A stretch of DNA of 64,000 nt from Acidobacteriota bacterium (GTDB lineage Bacteria > Acidobacteriota > UBA890 > WLXD01). Made by a program: the position numbers and the translations under genes. The notes beneath the pieces were generated by a model. That model saw only the letters and a program-made list of their open reading frames with translations. It ran no database searches and was not told the origin of the DNA. Below, one piece after another: positions 21,604 through 31,423 of the stretch. Every line of letters starts with the position of its first letter. The stretch's first letter is position 1. Location: NCBI GenBank assembly GCA_963666055.2, contig CAXWPH010000013.1, positions 1 to 64,000 on the forward strand. Direction: 5' to 3'.

Positions 21604-21663
21604 GTGCTGCCTGCCGAGTTCGCATCTGACCCCGAGCGCCTCGCCCGCTTCGAGCAGGAGGCC
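21604..21663 (+). pseudogene. Orphan kinase fragment ([20 protein letters not shown])
   Basis: Near-identical to the N-terminal region of the kinases starting at 27962 and 51259. Confidence 0.85.
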
Positions 21664-21676
21664 CCGTGCCGCCGGG

Positions 21677-22255
21677 ATCGAGTTCAAAACAGCGCTCGAC
21701 GGTTGTAATAGCCCTGCGTTTCGGTTTCAGTGCGCCTGTGTCACCGGCTCCCCTTGGCTCGCTGGTGGCGTTTCGAAGTCCGCGCCTTCGCGTTGGTCGC
21801 GGAAGCGCAGGTAAAAGGAGCGTCAGAATGTCCGAACGTATCCTCTTAGCCCTGATCGTAGTCGTCGCGATCCTGGGAACCGTCCCGGCCATTGCCGAAG
21901 CGGCCCCGTATGCGGGACTCGCCCTCGTCGTCCTCGGTTTGGTTGCGGGTTTCATAGGCAGCGACAGCGCTGATGTCAACCAACGGACGGCGTTCTACGT
22001 CGTCGCCGTGGCACTCCCCGTGTTTTCCGACAGTCTGGACGCCATCGCTGTCGTCGGTCCCTGGGTCAATTCAGTTCTCGACGGCGTTGCGACCGGCATC
22101 CAGGGCATGGCCGTCGCGTTCGTGCTAATGCAGCTCAAGGTCAGGATCATGCCCGCCGCCTGATGGCGTAGCTCGGCGAACCCATGCCCCTCGGGAGGGC
22201 CTAGATGGCGGCGCATCGGCACCCCGTTGGAGTTGAGCGTCCGGTGCATCTCCAC
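21677..22255 (+). repeat. ~580-bp segment duplicated in inverted orientation at 45228-45806
   Basis: Both copies run from ATCGAGTTCAAAACAGCG to ...ATCTCCAC and contain the same gene. Confidence 0.9.
21828..22163 (+). CDS. Small four-TM membrane protein, copy 1
   Basis: AGGAG RBS; hydrophobic 111 aa; paralog at 45320-45655. Confidence 0.8.
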   Translation: MSERILLALIVVVAILGTVPAIAEAAPYAGLALVVLGLVAGFIGSDSADVNQRTAFYVVAVALPVFSDSLDAIAVVGPWVNSVLDGVATGIQGMAVAFVLMQLKVRIMPAA

Positions 22256-22393
22256 GGCCCTAGCCCACCCTCGCCAGCCGAGCCACGTACCCCGCGTGGT
22301 GTTCGAAATCGTGACCGTGGGGCTACTACCTCCATTTCGCCACTGTTCGAGGTGCCTCCCCCGCCTCCGCCCCCGCCCCGTTGGTTCTCATCC

Positions 22394-22442
22394 GCTCTGG
22401 CGATAGGCTTCAGGCGCTCACCCACCCTGCTTCGAAAGCGCC
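22394..22442 (+). promoter_or_regulatory. Conserved kinase leader (TAGGCT -10-like box plus GGCGCT/AGCGCC stem); six copies in window
   Basis: Same motif precedes ATGs at 22443, 27962, 37710, 51259, 53760 and 57577. Confidence 0.7.
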
Positions 22443-22832
22443 ATGGACCCCGGCACCAAACTCGGCCACTACGAGATCCTGTCCCCGCTCGGTGAAGGCG
22501 GAATGGGGCAGGTGTATCGAGCACGCGACACGACGCTGGATCGTGATGTCGCCATCAAGGTGCTGCCGGAGGATTTCGCCAGCGACGCGAACCGGCTGGC
22601 TCGCTTCGAGCGCGAAGCCAAGCTGCTCGCCTCCCTGAACCATCCCAACATCGCCACGATCTTCGGCTTCGAGGAATCCGACGGCGTGCGCTTCATCGCC
22701 ATGGAGCTGGTGGAGGGGCAAAGCCTCGCCGAGCGCATTGAAGCGTCTGGTCGCATCGAGGTCGATGAGGCGCTAGAGATCGCTCGCCGGATCGCACTGG
22801 CGCTCGAAGCCGCTCACGAAGCCGGCGTCATC
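22443..22832 (+). pseudogene. Ser/Thr kinase 5' stub ending just before HRD
   Basis: [13 protein letters not shown]...AAHEAGVI, then runs head-on into the GH99-like gene. Confidence 0.9.
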
Positions 22833-24026
22833 GAAAGTCGCCTGGCGCGCTCGCGCTCCTCCATTTCGCTCCAGCTCACCTGGGCGGGCGGATGGAATGG
22901 GTTGGGCACATAACACGAGTCCTCAGGGACTGTTCTGCGGGCGATGCTGTCGAAGCCGGGGTTCGTATTGAACGAGTAGACCAGACCGTCGCTGTTGGCG
23001 CGTTCGGAGTGCCCTTGCCAGGTCGACGGGTCGAGGAAGTTGTCGTACACGGCGATGCCATCGAAGCCGGACTTGCGGGTGCGGTTCATGTTCAAGGAAT
23101 CGGCCAGCATCGTCACCTGGTCGAATTCCCCTGCGAAACGCTCGCGGACGCCGTCGGTCTGCTGCTTCCAGATCTCGTCGGGGGTGTAGTCCGGTACGTC
23201 ATGGACGATGTCGTGGCAATCGGTGACCTGCGCTGCAACGATCGTGCGGAAAGACTTGAACACTGGCCCGACCTTGCCGTTGGCGTCGCGCAGTAGCAGA
23301 AATGCGTCCCAGCCCCGCCGTTCGCCGTACTCTTGGATCAGGTAGGTGATGTCGTCGAGATAACGGTGGGCACGATCGTGCCGATACGGTTCGATGTGGA
23401 ACATCACCTTGATGTCGTGATCGGCCATCACGTCCATCACGGCATGGGCGGACCCTCCGGAGAAGCTGTCGGCGCCCCACCAGCTCAAGTTCACGGCGCC
23501 CGCCCCGACTTCTTTGATCCAGCGTGCGTGCCGCTCGATCACCTTCCTGTTGCGGGAGCTGTAGGCTCCCAACTTTGGAACGCTGGTGGCGGCGAGGTCG
23601 TGCGGTGGGACGCGATCCCACTGCTGCCAGTGACGGAAAGGATCGTTGTTGTACCAGGGGTAGTACTCGAAGATGAAGTGGCGGTTCAGATCACCGCACC
23701 GTAGCTTCAGCAGCCGGCCGAACTCAGCCCACGGGAAGGCGACGCCGGCGCGCTTCGAGGGATCGGCAGCGAGGATGAGCCGCTGGAGGTCGGCGCCGCC
23801 ATAGCGCAGCTCCATCTCCAACGAGGAAAAACCATGCCGCTCAAGCGCGGGGTCCGGAAGCCCCGTCAAACCGGCTGGCGTGTACGGTCCAGGCGTCGGT
23901 CCACTCCCCCCCCCCCCCAGCCGCCGGTAGAGACCGCGCCACCAGGCCACCGCCGAAGCCGAACGCGGCTGGTGCCGCGATCGCTCCGAGGCTGCCGAGC
24001 ACGCGTCGTCGTGACCAGTCAATCAT
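22833..24026 (-). pseudogene. Tat-exported glycoside hydrolase family 99-like protein; frameshift at C-run near 23910; 3'-truncated
   Basis: 'SRRRVL' Tat motif, 'EYYPWY', 'PKLGAYSS', 'SWWG', 'FHIEPY'. Confidence 0.7.
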
Positions 24027-25335
24027 GGGACAATTGAACCCTCTGACACGACCAAACGGCAAGTCTGTCCGGGGTCGCGCTGATTTCGCATCGGCGGCCT
24101 GGGAGGTCCCACTGGCCGTCCGGTGAGAAAAACGGGGAGCGTGGGAACTCAGAAAACAGGAGAGTGCTCTCTTGCTTGTCAAGCGAGCGGACGTATAGCT
24201 CGGGCTGGGCGCCGGCACTGCCCGTGACGTAGGCGATGTGTGTGCCATCCGGCGATAGGACAGCTCCCCCCCGATAACTTTGGTTGATGCCCTCTTCGGT
24301 GAGCCGCACCTTCAGGTGCATGGGGGGCGCAGGCGGCTGAGGATCTTGGCGCATCAAGGACCACATCGCCAGCGCCGTGACCGCGACCGCGCCAATTCCG
24401 ATAGGTGTCGGGATGTAGCGTCGCCAGGAGGGCCGCACAGCCTCACCAGAGCCAGCATTCAGGCCGAGGCCCCCATCTGGATCGTTGATGGTATTAACGA
24501 TGCCGATACGGGCATCGGCGATGTCGTGGAGCCGCCGTTCAGGGTCCTTCTCTAGGCACTGTCGCAGAAGAAGCTGGATGAGCGGGGAGGTCGTCTCCGG
24601 CACCGCGATCCAGTCTGGCTCCTCTTTGAGGATCGCCGCCATCGTGTCGCTGACGGTCTTGCCGTCGAAGGCGCGCTTGCCGGCGAGCATCTCGTACAGC
24701 ACACAGCCGAAGGCCCAGATGTCCGTGCGCTTATCGACGGGCTGACCCCGTGCCTGCTCCGGGCTCATGTAGGGAGCCGTACCCATGATCACGCCGGTGC
24801 CAGTGGCGGCCATCATCGTGGGTGAGTGGCTCAGATCCGACGACGGATCGCTGCCGTCCACTTCGTAGGCTTTAGCCAGCCCGAAGTCGAGCACCTTGAC
24901 CGTGCCATCGGGTGACACCTGCACGTTGGCGGGTTTCAGATCGCGATGGATGACACCAGCCTCGTGAGCGGCTTCGAGCGCCAGGGCGATCCGGCGGCCG
25001 ATCTCTAGCGCCTCATCGATCTCGATGCGTCCGGTGGCTTCAATGCGCTCGGCGAGGCTCTGCCCCTCGACCAACTCCATGGCGATGAAGCGCACTCCGT
25101 CGGACTCATCGAACCCATGGATGGTGGCGATGTTGGGGTGATTCAGCGAGGCGAGCAGCTTGGCTTCACGCTCGAAGCGAGCCAGTCGGTTGGCATCGCT
25201 GGCGAAGTCCTCCGGCAGCACCTTGATGGCGACATCACGATCCAGCGTCGTGTCGCGTGCTCGGTACACCTGACCCATGCCGCCTTCACCCAGCGGGGAC
25301 AGGATCTCGTAGTGGCCGAGCGCCTTGCCGATCAT
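24019..25335 (-). pseudogene. Ser/Thr kinase-TM-beta-propeller, type B copy 1, truncated near 24105
   Basis: Intact VAIK/HRDLKPAN/DFG/GTAPYMSPE and TM; propeller stops after 'SPDGQW'. Confidence 0.88.
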
Positions 25336-27962
25336 CAGGAGCCGCCTGTCGGCACCAGCCGCTTCAATTCCTCGAACCAGTTGACCAGAACCTGCAGCTT
25401 CGGCACCGGGCCGTCCTTCACCATCAGGAACCTCTGTCCATCCGGGTAGACGTCGTAGTTGAAGGCCCAGTCGATGTATCCATAGCTATAGTCACCGCGA
25501 AAAAGCAGCTCGGGGTCGCCTGGGTTGAAGGTCGCGCCAGCCTCATAGGGGACGACCCACATTTCGTCATTGTTCCGGTAGAACAACTCCGCGCCGGCGC
25601 GCGACCAGGCGGGCTCCTTGCCACCACCGATTGAAACCAGCACGGGCGCGCCGCCCTGCGGGTAAGGGACGACCCAAATCTGATCGAGCCCTGAGCGGTC
25701 GGAAGTGTAGGCAAGCCATCGGCCATCCGGGGAGAACTTCGCCCCGCGCTCGTTGTACTCGCCGACGAGGAATTCCTGCAGATCGTGTTCCTGGCCATCG
25801 CCCATCGGCAGCAGGAGAACGTCCCGCTGATTGTTGGGACCTTGCTCGATAGCAAGAGTGCCGTCGGCGGACCAGGAACTCGGAATGGTGCGAACATTGC
25901 TCTCGAATGTCAGTTGTTCCACGCCCCCGCTTCCGTCGGCACGGACGCGAAACGTATTAATACCTGTGGGGGAGAAGGAAACAAAGGCGACCCATTCTCC
26001 ATCCGGACTCCACACTGGCCAGGTTGCGAGCCCTGTGCCGGGGCGGTAGAGCGGTATACGGCGTCCACCAGCATCGAGATCAAGGCTGTAGATACCTGAG
26101 CCACCACCCCGCGGAATGCGAGCGTACGCAACCCTGGAGCCGCTCGGCGAAAACTGTGGCTGCACCCATCCCGCGTCCTGCGCAGCATAAGCGGGCGTCG
26201 GGTTGCCATCGCGGTCCAACGTAACCAGCGATGATTCGACCAGTTGGGTCGCAGCCTCCAGATAGACGAGATGGCCACTGTCGGCCACCCCGTAATGCGC
26301 GCCGCCATAGAACACCCACTGCACTTCGGCCACTACCTCAACAGCATCGCCCAGCACATCTCCCGAGGCGATGTCGAAGGCCACCGCCGACAAGGCTCCG
26401 CCTCGCCGAAAGAGGAGATGCCCCGTTGACGTGTAGGCCGCCGCGGATCCGTCGAGCAAGATCGTCGTGATGCCATCGGCCAGTGAAAGGTGCGCCACCT
26501 GTGAGCGATCATCGCTGCCCCCCGAGATAGTGAACAAGATCGATTCTCCCCCGGGCAGGAAGTGAGGCCAGACATGGACCGTCCCCTCGTCTCCCGGGGG
26601 CACGGCGTAGATGATTTCGCCCTTCGGTCCCCAGGTCGCGCCCACCGCTTCAGGCGTTTCACAAATAGCCTCGCGCCTACCTCCCTGTATGGGGACTTTC
26701 CACAGCACACCTTGGGCATGGAAGCCGAGCCACTCGGAGTTGGGTGAGAAAAACTGATATTCGCCTCCCGTCGTCCCCTCGACTTCGTACACGTTCGGAT
26801 GGTCCAGCGCGCGCGCGTAGATGACTTGGTTTCCCTCTCCGTTAACGCCCGTGTACGCGATGAACCGACCGTCAGACGACAGCGCCGAGGAGGCACCGAC
26901 CGACAGGATGCCCGGCATCTCGACTTCGTAGTGTTCCGTGGGTAGGGGTGGCGGGGGTAGCGATTGCGCAAAGAACACGCCAGCGAGAGCGGCGAAGACA
27001 CCGGCAACGGCCCATGGGAGCACACGCGCCCCTGAGACCACCCACGCAGGATCCGTTACCTCTGCCGTAGCGTCGTGCGCAGAACGTGCGGTGCCCGACT
27101 CCACCTCAAGGGCGATTGCCTTCAGGTCCACTGCGAGATCGCCGGCACCCTGGTAGCGACCACCGGGCTCCTTCGCCACGCTCTTTCGGATGATGCGTTG
27201 TAGCTCGTCGGGCAGTGACGGATCAGACTCCTGAATCGGCGTTGGGTCATCGTGTTGGATGTGTGCCAGCGTTTCGGCGATACTGCGACCGGCGAACGCC
27301 CGTACACCGCTCACCATCTCGTAGAGCACGCAGCCGAAGGCGAACAGATCGGCCCGATGGTCGATCTTGTCGGAGCCCTCCACCTGCTCCGGTGCCATGT
27401 AGCCGGCTGTACCCATCACCTGCCCGGCGACCGTCCCCATCATCGTGGGTGACTGCGTCGCACCGCCCGGTGAGCCTGCCCCCGCCACCTCGGTGAGCTT
27501 TGCCAGGCCGAAGTCCAGCACCTTGGCGTGCCCTTCCTTGGTGACGAAGATGTTCTCCGGCTTCAGATCCCGGTGGATGATCCCGGCAGCGTGAGCTGCC
27601 GCCAGTGCCTCGGCGATCTCGGTGGCCAACCCGAGCGCCTTCTTGAGCGGCAGCGCACCCTTCTGTAGCGGCTCCCGCAGCGTGTCTCCTTCCAGGTACT
27701 CCTGCACCATGAAGTGGGTGTCGCCTTCGGTGCCGATATCGTGAACGACCGCGATGTGCGGATGGTTCAGGGCGGCGGCAGCACGGGCTTCCTGCTCGAA
27801 GCGGGCGAGGCGCTCGGGGTCAGAGGCGAACTCAGCAGGCAGCACCTTGATGGCCACCTTGCGGCCCAGGCGCGTGTCCTGCGCCAGGTACACCTCGCCC
27901 ATGCCGCCAGCACCGAGCTGCTCGGTGATCTCGTAGGGGCCTAGTTTGGTGCCGGGTTCCAT
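25335..27962 (-). CDS. Hanks-type Ser/Thr kinase-TM-PD40/TolB-like beta-propeller, type A copy 1
   Basis: [20 protein letters not shown]; TM; SPDG repeats; ends [15 protein letters not shown]. Confidence 0.92.
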   Translation of the reverse strand: MEPGTKLGPYEITEQLGAGGMGEVYLAQDTRLGRKVAIKVLPAEFASDPERLARFEQEARAAAALNHPHIAVVHDIGTEGDTHFMVQEYLEGDTLREPLQKGALPLKKALGLATEIAEALAAAHAAGIIHRDLKPENIFVTKEGHAKVLDFGLAKLTEVAGAGSPGGATQSPTMMGTVAGQVMGTAGYMAPEQVEGSDKIDHRADLFAFGCVLYEMVSGVRAFAGRSIAETLAHIQHDDPTPIQESDPSLPDELQRIIRKSVAKEPGGRYQGAGDLAVDLKAIALEVESGTARSAHDATAEVTDPAWVVSGARVLPWAVAGVFAALAGVFFAQSLPPPPLPTEHYEVEMPGILSVGASSALSSDGRFIAYTGVNGEGNQVIYARALDHPNVYEVEGTTGGEYQFFSPNSEWLGFHAQGVLWKVPIQGGRREAICETPEAVGATWGPKGEIIYAVPPGDEGTVHVWPHFLPGGESILFTISGGSDDRSQVAHLSLADGITTILLDGSAAAYTSTGHLLFRRGGALSAVAFDIASGDVLGDAVEVVAEVQWVFYGGAHYGVADSGHLVYLEAATQLVESSLVTLDRDGNPTPAYAAQDAGWVQPQFSPSGSRVAYARIPRGGGSGIYSLDLDAGGRRIPLYRPGTGLATWPVWSPDGEWVAFVSFSPTGINTFRVRADGSGGVEQLTFESNVRTIPSSWSADGTLAIEQGPNNQRDVLLLPMGDGQEHDLQEFLVGEYNERGAKFSPDGRWLAYTSDRSGLDQIWVVPYPQGGAPVLVSIGGGKEPAWSRAGAELFYRNNDEMWVVPYEAGATFNPGDPELLFRGDYSYGYIDWAFNYDVYPDGQRFLMVKDGPVPKLQVLVNWFEELKRLVPTGGS

Positions 27963-28292
27963 GGCGCTCCCGAAGCAGGGAGGGGGTGAGCGCCTGAAGC
28001 GTATCGCTGGAGGGGGCGAGATCCAACGAAGGCCGCGGATAGGGAGCGTTGCGCGCTCTACCGCCCGTATCCGTATCGAGCCGTCGTTGCCCTCACCCAC
28101 TCTCGAGCGCCGGGAATCACAGCGCCCGCTGATCTCCGACCTGCCCGGCGGAGACACGCTCCCCGGCCGATCTCGCGCTCCATGTCCCCGCATTCAACGC
28201 TTCCGAGTGGTCACGGAGTCCCGGTGACTGAGTTCAACTCGGTGATGGCACTGCGTAAGAAGCTGCGGAAGCGGATATCGGTGCCGGCCTAG

Positions 28293-28628
28293 CTAGGTCG
28301 CTTGAGGCCGATGAGGCGCTTGTATTCGGCAGTGCGCGTTGCCTTTGATAATGCCTTCGTAGGCCCGGTGATTCTTGTAATGGACCTTCTCGCCGGGCAG
28401 TTTGGGCTTGCGATCACACGCGAACCGCGCCGACTCGCACTCAAGCTCAGAAACGGAAGCTCGCTTACCGTCCGGGCTTCTTCGCAGCTTTGCCACGACT
28501 CGAGCCCATCCGTTCCGCGAAAACGTTCCCACGTACCGGCCTTTTTTCTGTGGCACCGAATCGGGAACGTGTCCGAAACAGTAGCGGATCTTGGGGCCTT
28601 GGATCGAGGCTCTGGCAGCCCTAAGCAT
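28293..28628 (-). CDS. Hypothetical basic protein, possibly frameshifted
   Basis: Overlaps the stop of the upstream ORF; third gene of an apparent operon. Confidence 0.35.
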   Translation of the reverse strand: MLRAARASIQGPKIRYCFGHVPDSVPQKKGRYVGTFSRNGWARVVAKLRRSPDGKRASVSELECESARFACDRKPKLPGEKVHYKNHRAYEGIIKGNAHCRIQAPHRPQAT

Positions 28629-28929
28629 CCGGGGCGAGAAGACCCTCTTCGCACATCTCTGTCACCACGTCGTCCACGAAGGCGAACGGGATGCCAAGCA
28701 TGCGGGCGATGATCTCGGAGTCGAGATCACCTGGATTGATCGTCACCATCTCCAAGATCGCAAGCCGGAGCTGGCGTGTACGACAAACTGCAGTAGCGCT
28801 CCCAGGGATGGGCCGTGTGACTACACTAGTTGCGTCGGAGGTCGCCTCCTGTTCGGCGTCTCCCGTCCAGGCCGCCCAGGAATTGCCAACCGGATGAAAC
28901 TGCGAGGTATCGTCTTCTTGGTAGAGCAT
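28621..28929 (-). CDS. Hypothetical protein with C-terminal winged-helix-like segment
   Basis: 'LDSEIIARMLGIPFAFVDDVVTEMCEEGLL'. Confidence 0.5.
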   Translation of the reverse strand: MLYQEDDTSQFHPVGNSWAAWTGDAEQEATSDATSVVTRPIPGSATAVCRTRQLRLAILEMVTINPGDLDSEIIARMLGIPFAFVDDVVTEMCEEGLLAPDA

Positions 28930-28931
28930 GA

Positions 28932-29195
28932 TCAGTGACTCGTGTCGTCTTCGGTAAGACGGAGATTCTCTGGCGACTCGACTGCCAGCACGTTCTGTGA
29001 CCGAACGTTGTAGATCGGGTTGCCAGTGTCGTCGTACATCCCGTCAATTCGAGCAACCTGTACCACGACGGTGCGCATCGTCAAAGTGGTGCCGTCTTCG
29101 AGTTTATAGACGTTGGCATGCTCATCGAATTCCGTAACGGCGACGGTTTCGGCGTCGACGGTCTGACCCTGGAAAACGACCTTGGACGATGGCAT
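28932..29195 (-). CDS. Small acidic beta-rich hypothetical protein
   Basis: 'NVYKLEDGTTL...YDDTGNPIY'; closely spaced with the next ORF. Confidence 0.65.
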   Translation of the reverse strand: MPSSKVVFQGQTVDAETVAVTEFDEHANVYKLEDGTTLTMRTVVVQVARIDGMYDDTGNPIYNVRSQNVLAVESPENLRLTEDDTSH

Positions 29196-29539
29196 GCGGG
29201 GCGGGTTGTAGTCACACGGCGTGCGGGGTGTATCTCCGATACGCAACAATTCTTGCCTACAAATGTTGCGTACGCCTATACATTATTGCCGGAAGCTACC
29301 CGAAACTGCTAGCAGATACCAGCGAGTCACGCGGGTCACGGCCGGACTCCCCCCCCCCCCCCCCAAAGATGCCTCCGTGCTGCCTGTCGCTGGGAGGCGA
29401 GACGAAGCAACACGCGCAGCACAAACCGCACAAGAGCCGAAGCGAATCGTGCGTGCGATGATTCAGTGCATCCCAACGTCCCCGACGTGGCAGCCGAGTA
29501 TCCTGTAGGGGATTCGGTGGGGGCGTGTTTCCTCTGTCA

Positions 29540-30103
29540 ATGGGATTCTCTGGATTGCCCAAGTTCGACCCGACGCGAGCTCCATCTCCAAAGACCGAGG
29601 CTCTCGCCCTGGAAGGCTACGGGGCCGATCCCACCTCGCCGGCCATTCGCACGTTCGCCTACCTCGTCGCACAGGGCGAATCACTAGCCCGTGCGTATTC
29701 CCGCCTGTTTCCGAGTGCGAGCCCGAGCACGGCCTCTAGCCAAGGGTCAGTCTTGGCGGCCCATCCGAAGGTGAGGGAGATGATCGTCGCAGCCGGACTC
29801 CCGGCCCCGGAACATGTCCGCGCCCTGGTGCCGGCGGCCATCGAGACGCTAGCGGCCGGCCTCGACAGTCCGAGCGCCTCAGCCAGGCAGAGAGCCGCCG
29901 ACTCCATCTTGGACCGTGGCGGCGTACCTCGAGCCTCACAGACCCATGTGGACGTGCGGCAAGAGATCGCGCTGTCGGGCCGGGCGCTGCTGGAGGTGGC
30001 GGCCTCGGTCGCACCGCCGCCGTTGCCTCGGGCGGCCCGTCGTCGCGAGATGTCGCCGGCGTTCGACCTCGAGGACCAGGCGGACTCAGAGACGGAGCTC
30101 TAG
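29540..30103 (+). CDS. Terminase small subunit-like protein
   Basis: N-terminal 'FAYLVAQGESLARAY...S.LAAHPKV' HTH-like pattern and 'RQRAADSILDRGG' motif. Confidence 0.5.
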   Translation: MGFSGLPKFDPTRAPSPKTEALALEGYGADPTSPAIRTFAYLVAQGESLARAYSRLFPSASPSTASSQGSVLAAHPKVREMIVAAGLPAPEHVRALVPAAIETLAAGLDSPSASARQRAADSILDRGGVPRASQTHVDVRQEIALSGRALLEVAASVAPPPLPRAARRREMSPAFDLEDQADSETEL

Positions 30104-30216
30104 GGGCGCCCCGACCGCAGCTTCCATAAGACTCGTTATCCAAGCCCAAGAGTCGGATAACCTTGGCTACCAAGATTCCAATTCGCCACGAACGAGCACA
30201 TGGGGGCTGACTACTG

Positions 30217-30429
30217 ATGCTCCAAGAAGTCCCGGTAGCGCCGCCGCCGCTGCTCGTGGCCGCGGCGACGTTCCGGCCGGTCTGGCGTGTCTGGTGGCGC
30301 GGCGCGGGGATTATCGCCTACCTGCCGTTTGCTTCCGACAGAGTGCCCGAGCGGCTAGAGGAACTCGCCGAGCTGTGCAGATTGCTCGAAGCGGAGATCG
30401 ATAGACGGTGCAACGCGGACGCTAGGTAA
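30217..30429 (+). CDS. Hypothetical protein
   Basis: Short ORF co-oriented with the terS-like gene. Confidence 0.35.
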   Translation: MLQEVPVAPPPLLVAAATFRPVWRVWWRGAGIIAYLPFASDRVPERLEELAELCRLLEAEIDRRCNADAR

Positions 30430-30639
30430 CGACGCCGACCGATTCGGGAGGGGGGGGGGGGGGGGGGGGGGGTACCGGGCCGGCCGGGGCCCCTGGGCCT
30501 CAGGGTATCCGTGCCCCCGCCATTACATTTGCGAAACCGTCGTAAGCGGACACGCGGGCATGTGAGCATGTGGTCCGCGTCAGTCACTGTTGATTCCCCT
30601 CTACGGTATCTGGATACCTGGCGCGGACGAAGTAGCGCG

Positions 30640-31284
30640 TTAACTTTGCCGCTTCGCCCGTTCTCGAGATCGGCGCTTTGCACGACGGAAGTAATCCGGG
30701 TCCTCTGCACGCCGCCGTTCATTGTTCGCGCGTTGTCGGCAGGAGGACCGGCAAAATTGCTGACGCTGCGATGGCCTCGCGATCTGTCGGTCTTCGATGA
30801 AGAAGTTATTGCACTCGTTGCGCGCACATACGTGAATCTCGAGGATTCGGTTAGTCGCGCCGTCGACGATCAGGGCGAGCCCCATATGGAACGCCTCGAT
30901 GGACATACCGTTCCTGAGGACCTCGTCCGTGAGCAGGTCGGTCGCTGCGTCGAACTTAGCCTCCAGACCACGGAGTTCCTTGATAGCCGTAAGCGTCGCG
31001 GTCGCGTGCCCCTCGCTGATCGTAAGACGATCATCTAGGCTCCCCGTCCTGTGGGGCAACCACGGCTTGGGGAGTCCCAGCGACCACTGGGTGAAGCTTT
31101 GAAGGAATTCCAGTAGCTCAGCTACTCGGGAGTGGATCTCCGCGACGTCTGATCGCTCGAATCTAAGGTCCACCCCCGCAGCACGACAGCGCGTTTGGTA
31201 GCTGTTCCAAACGTGCTCCGGCTCCGTGTTGGCGAAGGCAAGCACGCGCCGAATCGGCGCATAGTCCCGAGGCCGGTTCTTCAA
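30640..31284 (-). CDS. CGNR-type zinc-finger protein (probable regulator)
   Basis: 'CARNECNNFF...FCRSSCRQRA' with basic tail; divergent from the helicase gene. Confidence 0.7.
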   Translation of the reverse strand: MKNRPRDYAPIRRVLAFANTEPEHVWNSYQTRCRAAGVDLRFERSDVAEIHSRVAELLEFLQSFTQWSLGLPKPWLPHRTGSLDDRLTISEGHATATLTAIKELRGLEAKFDAATDLLTDEVLRNGMSIEAFHMGLALIVDGATNRILEIHVCARNECNNFFIEDRQIARPSQRQQFCRSSCRQRANNERRRAEDPDYFRRAKRRSRERAKRQS

Positions 31285-31423
31285 GGGGTTCTCCCTATCG
31301 ATGTCAAATCGGATAAGTTATTATGGCACTTGACCTTTTTTGGCACAAGGATTTGAAGCGTCGACTCTAGCCAGACCCGTTCAAGATGTTCCATACGACT
31401 CCATCTACAAAGGACCGGCGCGG

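Noticed and set aside
22270-22350. tRNA or tRNA-derived att site (GTTCGA motifs here and in the kinase tails)
   Set aside because: No cloverleaf can be built. In the tails, GGTTCGA is simply the Trp-Phe-Asp/Glu codons.
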